Source: Bugula neritina
Taxonomy: Eukaryota; Animalia; Bryozoa
Reading direction: 5' to 3'
Assembly (NCBI GenBank): GCA_964035545.1
Contig: OZ037766.1
Span: 24,172,126 to 24,236,125, forward strand
Length of the DNA stretch: 64,000 nucleotides
Shown here: in pieces, positions 1 to 11,100 of the stretch
How the letters are laid out: every line of letters begins with the position of its first letter
Position numbering within the stretch: the first letter of the stretch is position 1
Made by a program: the position numbers and the translations under genes
The notes under the pieces: generated by a model
Told to the model about the DNA's origin: nothing
Database searches by the model: none
The model's input: the letters and a program-made list of their open reading frames with translations, nothing else

Positions 1-261
1 GTGTTACTGATTTCAATGCCTGTAACTTTAGATGCCAATGAATTGTCAGCAATGTATGAAGAAATAAAGCGACAGCATTTCCCGAGGCATGCAAGAAGTA
101 CTACTAGCTCTAAGCTACTTGGTGGATACACCAATGAAGTGCCACTAACACCATATAGCGGAGTTCCACATCTATCTCCAGGGGTAGGGGGCGTCATGCA
201 CATACCTCAACCTAGCTTTGTGACTACACCAGTCCCAGAACCTATTTGCGAACCAGTATAG
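1..261 (+). CDS. Probable terminal coding exon of a gene entering from the left (product unknown)
   Basis: Frame open from base 1 to TAG at 259-261; higher GC than flanks; Pro/Thr/Gly-rich tail; followed by AT-rich UTR-like sequence. No recognisable domain. Confidence 0.4.
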   Translation: MLLISMPVTLDANELSAMYEEIKRQHFPRHARSTTSSKLLGGYTNEVPLTPYSGVPHLSPGVGGVMHIPQPSFVTTPVPEPICEPV

Positions 262-1431
262 AATTCAGTGACAATGTCTTGTAACTATAAGCATCTGTTT
301 CGGTTTTCAAGAATTCTTTATGCAGCTTGATTTTAATAGATTCACTAAAAGTTTGGACCTTTGGTTTAATGTTTTACTACACAATTTCTGTCAAACTTTT
401 AATCTGTATTTAGTTTTTTTCACATTCTAGTCTTTGCACTTTTCCAGCTCAAATTTTGTAATTTAGGCAAGTGTTATGTTGAATTTAATTTATGTAAGCA
501 ATAAGACAAGAGATATAACAAAACACCAGAAGAACTTTTTAGTTTTTATGCATAGTAATTTATGCAGAGAACTCAAAAGTACAGCTTGCAAAATACTCAT
601 AATAAAAAATTATAGCTTCATAATTTAAACACTGCGCAGTCTTGAGAGTTCCTTTTTGTTTTATAGTCACTCTCCATAATGAAAGCCTGCATCATGAAGG
701 TTCTTATGTAGTCTATATAAGAATTTTGGTATACACTTTAAGACTATTTCATACACCCGGACAGACACATGCATACTAGGAGTAGCGGTTACCTGCAATC
801 ACCTAGACTCAGTGACTGTTAGATATACTCAATATTACAGCTAATAATTAACTCTGCATGTTGACCCCAAGGCTCATTTTTAGCTAAACCCATTAGCTGT
901 TTACACCAAGTTAAAACTTCTGATAAGTTTCGCTTATACCTCTACTAAAAAAAGTGCCGGAGTTTCAGTTAATAACACTCTTCCAAGTACCCCTTTATAG
1001 CTTTACCATGAAACTTGGTGAAATCATATTGATGCAGAAGCTTACTTTCTATTAGCTTCACATATTTTGTTAAGCCTCTATAAATACTTGTCAATTACTA
1101 AAAACATGTTCTGAGTTATAAAATTGTTTACCAACCATTTTAAATTTTGTTTTTCTTATAATTTAGTTCATCAAGAGAGTAAACAAATGGTTTTCATATG
1201 TCCTCTCTGTTATATGGTGCATTTCTACTTTTGCTGCAAAAATTACTGAGTTTCAGTTAATATCTTGTGCACTCGTGCTCCTTTAGGCTTTTGACCGCAT
1301 AATGTAAATAATCATAAGGGATATTTTAAAAGTTATATAAAGAAATATTTTCAGGTCATTATTTTAATTCTAAATCAGCATAAAGTTTTGCTCTAAAGCG
1401 TTTTTAAAAAAAGTGAAGAACTTGGCATTAG

Positions 1432-1563
1432 TGTGGCAATTATAACTGAATATGCTCTTTCTGGCATCACCATACTGACAATAACCCAGCCTTACCATGG
1501 GAGACGAGCTTATGACCTTGTGCTTAAACTAGGCCTGCGCTCTTACCACTAGACTACAGCTTC
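1432..1563 (-). mobile_element. Degenerate tRNA-derived SINE copy
   Basis: Reverse complement reads GCTGTAGTCTAGTGGTAAGAGCG (A-box) ... TGGTGATGCCAGAAAGAGCAT, the same head and core as copies at 24011, 25110 and 30483. Confidence 0.65.
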
Positions 1564-2157
1564 TTCATTATTTTAGAATAATGAATTAATGATTAGGGCT
1601 GATTTAAAGACTCTAATGTACATGCTTTTTTAAAGCTGACTTACTTACCTAACCTTACTCTAAACAAGGATTTTGCTTCAAGCAATAAAAATATCTAAGA
1701 ATTATCTTAAAACTGATAATAATTGGTAAAAGTATTTGTATATACTATCTCTCATATAATGCTATAGCTACTCAACTACACAAATTCTATATAAGTTGTA
1801 CATGTAAGTTCAATGAAATTAAAATAAGGCAATAAACTAATCAAGCAGTTAGGGGCAAGTAATAATTATTGTATAATATTGTATAGAGGCATCAAAAGCC
1901 AGAATAGAATTTTATTGATTATGTTACTTAAGCACTAATTCACCTGAATTTGGCTATTGTTTGAGCTATGAAATACAACAAAAGATTGCTGCTATGTTAT
2001 TGTTGAACTATATTTTACCATACAAACAATTCCTTGCCATGCACCCTGAGTTGACTTTAGTTAAGATTATAGCAGTGCATGCATACCTATAACAAAGCAG
2101 ACATTTTATATTAGCGTTGATGCAATCGTAGCTGACAGACCTGCACCTGCAAAAGTT

Positions 2158-5100
2158 ATGAAAAGTTCTCTTGATGGAAGCGTTGCTAGTAGCTATGGTA
2201 AGTTTGATACTATCTGTTCCTTTTTTTCTAGAAACATAGTGTAGTAATCAAAAGCTATAACAATAATAAAATCAATTAAATGAAAAGAAAATTCATTTGT
2301 TTATATATTTAATGACAGCTGCCAATACTTGAATTAAAATTGTGATATGTATAGGGCATAAATGGCATCAAGTAGTACAAGCATCTCTGTGATTTTACTA
2401 GTAACGGATGATAACACGTGTCTTTTTCATATGAACTACTTGTATCAGCACTTAATTTTCTTGAATCTAGATTTCAAAAATGTTTAGCTAAGTTAGTTGT
2501 ACTAAAGTAAACACAGCTTTTTTCAAAAGTTAAAGTAATAAAAGTAAATGTAAATTATTCTGTGTATTAATAATCAACTATAGCAAAACACATCTGAAGT
2601 CTATCTTGATATGCTTTAAATATGTTGACCTTTTGACTTGATGTAATAGAATATTATAGTTAATACATCTTAGTGCTATTGAAGATCATCCATGAAACAA
2701 AAGTTTCTGAATAAGAAATTACTAATTTTTATACAAACTTTAAAAATTTCATAATGACCAATTATTAGTAAAGCTTATGATTTTCTACTTTACAAATAGT
2801 TTTGTACATATTTAGTTTGCAAATCACATTACCATTCTCATTAAAAGGCTTTAAAAGTTAAAAGTATTGAAAATGTGCTAATTTGCTTATGCTAGTCTTA
2901 ATAACATCAGCAATGCATTTATTTCCAGATGTTGAGAATGAGAAGTTAAATGAAGCTCACCTTAATACACCTGGTCACTCTGTGGATGAAGGATATGCCT
3001 GGGTTATTCTTGCTATTAGTTTCTTTGTTAATGTATGGTTCTTATAATATATTATAATTATATCATATTATAATATTATATTTATTTGGACTGTTTGTCA
3101 TGTGTTGAAATATCGATACAGTTAACAATATAAATATAGCATAGGACTCTAGTTTAGGTCTTGGAAAGTCAAAAATTAGAATATGTGTATATTAGAATTA
3201 CATTAAAGCTAGTTTTCAACTATTTCATGCCCATGTACTTTTGCATTCTGTATCCTTAAATTTCTTCAATATTACCTTTACATTTTTCAGTGGCATGATA
3301 AATAGTTTTACACAAGAACTGAATATCAATTAAAAGTTTGTACCTAGAAATTGCTACAGCAGAGCTGGGTATATCATAAATCTGATGTTAGTTTCAAGTA
3401 CCGTGTTTATATGAGGTATTTTGACCTTCAGCTTATTTAGTTTGCAGGACTTGGGATAGCTTTTTCAGCTGGAGTATACACACCGGTGCTTCTTGAAGAA
3501 TTCAATGGTGAAAAGGAAGCTGTTGGTCTAATAGGAGCTCTTTATATCGGGTTTATATTCTTTGCAGGCAAATACTTATCCTTTATAATATGACCTTTAT
3601 AGCTGGCAAACATGCCACACTGGATGTATTATAAACTTCTAAAAAAATATATGTTCATTGTTACTTTAAAGGTTAATTAATTACCATATACATTATCTAC
3701 AAGTTGTTGTCAAAATAAAAACATATTATAGAAATAAATTAAGTAAAGCAGTATCTAAATAAGCTTAGCAGCCTCATTCATAGCTAAACATAGCTAATAC
3801 AACTTTTGAAGTTTATTTAGATTTCCCCTTATTTTTTTATACAAAGTAATGTCACTGTTGAGGATCTGTAATTACTTTTTCTCATATAATAGTTGCGGGG
3901 TAAGTTTTTAATAATTTTTACTCCTACTAAAATTACAAATGTACACGTTCACGTTGCCACCACTCTAACGGTTAGGTATGTTGACTCTTTCTATATAGGT
4001 CCTGTATCCGGGTACTTCACTAACCAGTTTGGTCACAGAGCTACAATAATAGGCGGAGCTTTGCTTGCAACAGTGGGCGTGGCTTTGGGAGCTGTAGTCT
4101 CTAATGTCTGGTTACTCTGTGTTACTGTTGGTGTAGTTGGAGGTATGGTTTAATAAATATTTGAGGAATAGAAGATATATATACAAAGATGCAAATACAT
4201 AAAAACAACAAAATATCAAAAATATTAAAGAAAATAATTAATTTATTTGTTTAAAATCAGGTAACTTTATTTCTAGAATACTAAAAGAAATAAAGTTTTC
4301 GCTATGTAGCTCATAAGCTTTTCTTGCTTGTATTTTAGTATCAAATTTATGTCATTCTCTTTAAAGAATACTTAAGTTCATTCTTAGAATGAAATATTAC
4401 AGGAATCTAAAACTACATTGTATACGCGGTGTTATTTTTTAGTCATGCAGACTGATTATATACGTTATTATAATACACCAGGTATATATTTCAATAATCC
4501 CACAATATTAAAAGTAAATTTGGCATTTCAGACTATCATCTAATGACATACAGGATGTATTACATACTGTGGTAAATTTATGTTGTGTGTGTGTGTCCTT
4601 TGTTGCCGAGATCGGTACTTCGGTCCTCCGAAACACCGATATGCCGATTCTCGGCATATCGGAATACCGAAGTACCGAAATGCCGGATTCGGCATTTCGG
4701 ATTCCCGAAGTACCGATATTCGGTATTTCGGGCCTCCGATCTCGGCAAACAAAGGAATGCCTTTGTCCTGCATGTATATAAAAGCCAGCGAGTTCCAGTA
4801 TAGTTCAGTCTACTACTGGAGCTCGCTGGATAAAGACCCTTGATTCACTCGGACTATACTACAATAAAGATTATCTACATTCTACCTTATTTCTCGCCTT
4901 GTTTCTTATACAAGCATGTAACAGCACTAGTTTCATTCACAATCCACAAAACTATCACATTGGTGGCAGCAGTGGGATTCTACGAATAGCTAGTTGCTAA
5001 GAGAAATAGGATGGCCCCAGGGGACCCAGCCCCTGAGGCAGCAGCACCACCAGCCCTCACTATTGAGGCGCTGGTCACAGCCCTCCAGGGATTGCGGGGG

Positions 5101-8100
5101 CAAGGACAGGCAGCACCTGGTGACAGGTATCGCCTCCAGCCCCCGACTTTCGGAGGAGATGGAGACGTGGAACAGTTCATCAAGGAGTTCGAGGACGTGG
5201 CCGCCACCGCTGAATGGCCAGTACGGGTGCGCGTCCTCCAACTCCGGGCCTGTCTGACAGGCCGGGCCAGGAACTTCGCACTGGGACCCGACGAAGCCCA
5301 CATCCTCCGGGCTCTTAGGGCCCGGTTCGGGTTGACCACGGAAGAGGCGACAGACCAGCTACAAGTGATGAGGAGAGACCGAAGGACATCTCTGGAAGAT
5401 CACGCTAACGAGGTAGAGCGCCTGGCTCAGGCTGCTTTCGGTCACGCCACTGGCGACGATCGGAAGCGCCTCGTTTTTAACGCGTTCTTCCGGAGTGTGA
5501 ACCACCCGGACCTCCAGCGGTACTGGCTAGCCGCAAAAGTCAAGAGCCTGGACGAAGCACTAGAGATGGGGAAGGCCTACTTCCAGGTGGAAGAGCCACG
5601 GAGGACGAACTACGCAGCTCGCCAGGTGGCCGGAGATGCAGAAGAGGTACCCCCAACCCCACAAGTGGCAGCAGCAGCTACCCCGTCACCTGAGCAGACG
5701 CAGCTCAACATGCTGATGAGCATGATGAAAGGCCTGCAGGCTACAGTGACGGAGTTGCAGCGCAACCAGACGGACAGGCGGGCTCCCCGCTCGCGGGACG
5801 ACCCTGTCCGCCCCCCTATGCCCACTTGCTGGGAGTGCGGGATGCCAGGACATGTGAGAAGGCACTGCCCTAAGGGACAGAAGCCTTTAAACACCCGAGG
5901 CTCACGGTGAATTCCGCCACCCGTGGGCCCCATGCCAATCCGGTCCGGGATAGGACTCGGAAGACAGTAGAAGAGACCTCTCCAGAGTCGACCTATATCG
6001 AGTGGCACGCAAACCGGAGATCTCGGAGACCGAAAGGCCTACCCGATCCTCCTGCCCTGCCACTCGATACCCGGATGGAACTAGAAGAAACCGGATGGCA
6101 GGCACCTCGGAGATCTCGGAGGCCGCAAGGTCTACCCGATCCTCCAGCCTGGCCACTCCGTAACCGGTTCGCGGGGTTGCCCGAGGAGGTTGTGGAGGAA
6201 GATTCAGCTTACTCGCAAGAGTATCCCAAGCTACCCTCCCGACCTCAGAAAACCCCCGTTGTCTCTAAGACGAAGAGGAGGCCCGCTGTGCGGACCCAAG
6301 TCGTGTCTCCCCCAGAGACTGACCGCTCCAGGAGCACCCAGCCGTATGGAAGCAGCTACTTCCTGCCCGGAAAGATTTTGGGTAAAGCTGCCACATTCCT
6401 ACTGGATACTGGGTGCACTACCAACCTGCTGAGTAGGCGTCTCTTTGACACCCTTGGTGCACGAGAGCGGGCGAGCCTCGAGCCGTATGAAGGTGCGCAT
6501 GGTACGTTGGCGGACGGATCATGCATTCCTTTCTACGGCGTCATTTCACTACCTGGACGCGTCCGTGATCAAGCAGTTCACGAGACGTTTATCGTCAGCC
6601 AGCTGAAGGAGGACGCCATCTTGGGAATGCCCTTCCTGGAGAAACACCAGTGCCACATGGATTTCCAGAAGTCAGTGGTGGTGATGGCTGGGAAGGAACT
6701 TGTCTGTGTTGACAAGTTTGGCAGGCCCTTGGTGGGCGGAGTCCAGGTAGTACGGGACTGCACAGTTCCGGGGAGGTCCCAGGCGACTCTCCGATGTAGA
6801 GTCAACTGCAAGGGGATCGCCGGCCTGGGGATGGTTGAAGGAACGCACGGAGCCATCCGACTAGCAAACAGCCTGAATCGGCTAGATTGTCGGCAAGAGC
6901 TCCTCGTGCAGTGCATCAACCCCTTCACGGAACCTGTCCAACTATCGGCTGGAGCGCTGGTGGGGAAGTACCACTCCATCCAGGAAGCGGATGTGGGTCC
7001 GGCACTGGAGACAGTGGCCGACAACCAGGGAAACCCCCTCACACCAGACGAGAAGCAGTCCCGGAGCATCTGGCTGACCTGTATGGCGGAGCATGCGGAA
7101 ACTGTACGAGTAGTACTGAACGCCAAGTACTGGCTCAACTACTCGCGGAGTACAGTGATGTCTTTAGTCGTGGCGATAGAGACATGGGGCTGACTAAGGT
7201 TATCTCTCACGAGATACCCCTGGCAGCCGACACCACTCCCATCAGACAGCCTACCCGACGTCTGGGCCCGGAGAAGGAGAAGGAGGTGAGCCGACAGGTA
7301 CAGGATCTTCTGGACCGGGATCTGATTGAGCCTGCCCACGGTGCGTGGAGCTCCCCAGTGGTCCTGGTCAAGAAGAAGGATGGTAGCTGGAGATTCTGCG
7401 TAGACTACCGCAGACTCAACAACGCCACCATCCAGGACGCCTACCCTCTCCCACGGATAGATGAGTCTCTAGATGCCCTCGCGGGTAGCAAGTACTTCAG
7501 TACTTTGGATCTGCTTAGCGGGTACTGGCAAGTGCCCCTCAGTCCTGATGCCCAGGACAAAGCAGCATTCATTACTCGCGACGGGCTCTGGAAGTGGAAA
7601 GTACTGCCATTCGGACTAACGTCCGCTCCGGCAACATTCCAACGGCTCATGGAGCAAGTCCGCAGTGGGTTACACTGGAAGACCCTCCTCATCTATCTGG
7701 ACGATGTCATTGTCATCTCCCCAGACTTTGCGACTCATGTCAGTCGTCTGCGGGAGGTCTTTGACCGTCTCCGGGCAGCCGGACTGAAGCTGAAGCCCTC
7801 CAAGTGCGCACTCCTGCAGCCGGAAGTCACATACCTGGGCCATGTGGTTGGCCGTGATGGGGTCGCTACCGATCCAGAGAAGGTACAAGCTGTGAAGGAG
7901 TGGACTGTTCCCCGCGACCTCCCTGAGTTGCGTGCATTCCTGGGCCTCGTAGGGTACTACCGGCAGTACATACCTGGTTTCGCAGGAGTGGCTCAGCCGT
8001 TAAATCGGCTGACCGCCAAGGGAGTCCGGTGGCAGTGGACACAGGAGGAGCAGCAGGCATTCGACCACCTCAAGCAACGGCTAATGGAAGCGCCAATCCT

Positions 8101-11100
8101 GGCGTATCCTGATCCAGCCAAGGAGTACATCCTGGACACCGACGCCAGCGACCACAGCGTGGGAGCCGTCCTGTCTCAAGTCCAGGGTGGAAGTGAGGTG
8201 GTCATGGCTTACTATAGCAAGACTCTCGCGGCCGCCGAGAAGAACTACTGCACCACTAGGAAGGAACTCCTAGCAGTAGTCAAGGCGGTCAAGCACTTTC
8301 GGCCATATCTGTATGGGAAATCGTTCCTTTTGCGAACAGACCATGCATCACTGATATGGCTGTGTAAACGTGCAGAGCCCTCGAGCCAGGTGGCTCGTTG
8401 GCTAGAGATTCTTGCCGAGTTCTCTTACCGTATAGAGCACCGTGCAGGCCGGAAGCATGGGAACGCCGACGGCATGAGCCGCCGGCCGGTAGAGAACTGT
8501 AAGCAATGCCTGCACATTGAACAGCGGGACGGGGGACCCGCTCGCCTTGACGTGGAAACAGAGCTAGTGGAGGGCACCGCCTACCGGTGGGAGCACGGCC
8601 ATCTTCGGACCGAAACCCACCAGGACGGTGTCCAGGCGCTCCACGCCAACCCTACTCTGCACCAGAACGTCAAGGAGCTGTGCCGACTCCAGGAGACGCT
8701 ACCCGGCGCGGTAGCGGACATCTTCCGGGCCAAGAAGGAGGGCCGACGACCTAGCGAGGAACAGCAGCGGCAGGGAGACGTTGAGTTCCAACTCCTCTGT
8801 CGTCGCTGGGATGCCCTCAAAGTCAGTCCTGATGGCCTCCTGATGATAACGTTAGCAGCAGACAACCGCCAGCAGAAGAGGGACCGCGTCGTCTGTCCAC
8901 GCGCCCTCCGGCGGGAACTGATCTGGGACACCCATAAGCAGGCTCATGCTGGAGTCAGTCGGGTCATCAGGTGTCTGCGGCTGCGTTGGTATTGGCCCGG
9001 AATGACTCGGGACGTACGACTGCGGGTACGGCAATGCGAGGTCTGCCAAGCTAGCAAGCATGGCCGCCCCACGGAAACCACTGGTCGACGCCGGCTGTAC
9101 GCTGGTCGACCGTGGCAAGTAGTGGCGGTAGACCTCGTCGGGCCTATGCCGTTATCCGCCAGAGGAAACAACTGGATACTGGTGCTCACGGACCACTTTA
9201 CCCGGTGGGCAGATGCTCTGGCCATTCCAGACGCCACCGCCCCCACGGTGGCCCGGACCCTGGACCAACATGTATTCTGTTACCTCGGTTTGCCCGAGCA
9301 GATACATACAGACCAGGGTGCCCAGTTCCAGTCCCAGCTCATGGGAGACCTCTGCCGGATATGGGGGGTGAACCAGAGTCGGACCACCCCATATCACCCG
9401 CAAGGGAACGGAGTCGTCGAGCGGAACAACAGGATGTTGGGTGACGCGCTCCGGAGCCTGCTGCTTGGTCGAGGTCAGGAAGAATGGGACGTGGTGCTGC
9501 CGCAGATCATGCGGGCTTACCGCAGCACACCACACTCCGCCACGCAGGAGACCCCAAACTTCCTGATGTTAGGCCGGGAGACGCGGGTCCCGGAACACCT
9601 GACGTACCATGTTCCTGCCCCCGAGTCACCGGTACACGAATATGTGGAGGGTCTGATGGACATCATGGGCAAAGCTCATGATGCGCTGCGCACCCAGCAG
9701 TGGCAGACCCGCACCGAGGACTCAGAGGAGCCCCCGTTGTACCAAGTGGGAGACTGGGTCTGGATGGTGAGTTACCGTAGGCGGCGTGGACAGTCGGCTA
9801 AGCTTCAGCCCAAGTTCGTCGGCCCCTACTGCGTAGTAGAGGTGCTGCCCAACCACACATACCGTGTGGAGCGCTCTGGGCAGGTCTCTGTCCAGAGCGA
9901 GCAGCGCCTCAAACCTTACCATGCCAGCCCAGACGCGGTGGGTCAGGCTCCACCCCTCTTGGAGCCTCACCGTCAGCCCAACCGACGTGGACGGGCCACC
10001 CGGCCCCGTGAGGTGGAGATTATGGTCCCCAGGGAGGCAGACCAGGAGCAAGCCGCCCTGATAGAGCAGCTGGAGCGACAGCAGAGAGCGGAGCGGGAGC
10101 AGGAACAGCAGCAAGCCCTTGGCTCACAACCCTTTCCGGGGGAGGACACTCCCACCCCCGTACGGGGTGAAGACGGGGACCCCCCTACCAGGGTAGCCCA
10201 GGAGCCACCAACACCACCAGAGTCTGTTCCACTTGAGAGGAGCCAGCGGCCAAGAAGACCTCCCAGGTACCTGGCAGACTATGCTGTAGGACACCTGGAG
10301 GGGCCCCCTCCTGAGGAAGACCCCCCCCACACTGACTGCCACCCCATCTTGGTTGGAAATTCCCTCCATCACCCCGGAGAATTCCACCAAGAAGAAGAAA
10401 TGGCCGACCGAATTTCGGAAGACACTCGATCACGCGAGTTTTCTTCTCGAAATCCGGGGGAAATTTCCACGGGCCACGCGACTCGGGCTTCAGCAGGTAA
10501 AACTTCTGAAGCACGAGGTTCGGCCATTTCTCATTCTGACTTCACACAGCTCGCACGGCAGTTGCAACTCAAACTAAATTCTGATTCTAATACTCATTTT
10601 GATTTTACCACTATTCTCCGTACGCTATCAGCGGCTATGGGGATCACTCTACCAGATACACAATCAGGTATTTCTTCTAGATTAGATCCTCCAGTTACGG
10701 AGTCTAATCAAACTACAGTAGACTGGTCTTTACTAGATTTACTTGGTTCTGATATCTTAGGACCGGAGGCCGAGATGGATCTCGGAGATGACTCTGCCAT
10801 TGATACATTGTTGAATCACGATGTAGGCTCAGTCAATTTCTGCGATACACCTCGGCCCTCGGTTTTTAACTTATCTCCATTCACACCTGTGCCGAATTTC
10901 GGCGATAGTGAGACCGGCTTCTCACAGCCTCTACTATCTATTCTAGAGGAGCGAATGGACGTTGAGGAGGCCAGTCGGTCCGACTCCCCTCCCCCACCGG
11001 GCCTTGCTTCGGCTTCTACCAGCCAGCAGGCCGCCACCTCCTCCACAGAGGTGTGTTCCGCCATGGTTGGCCCTGACCCCAAACCGGTCGAGCTTCAGCT

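Noticed and set aside
4597-4755. CRISPR-like repeat-spacer array
   Set aside because: Units are 4-bp motifs with 2-4-nt spacers inside a eukaryotic LTR; no cas genes and no spacer-length unique sequence.
4540-4843. Overlapping ORFs in the LTRs (also 11628-12448, 56694-56978, 63442-63746)
   Set aside because: By-products of GC-rich palindromic repeats and the TG-rich UTR; not conserved in frame between the two elements.
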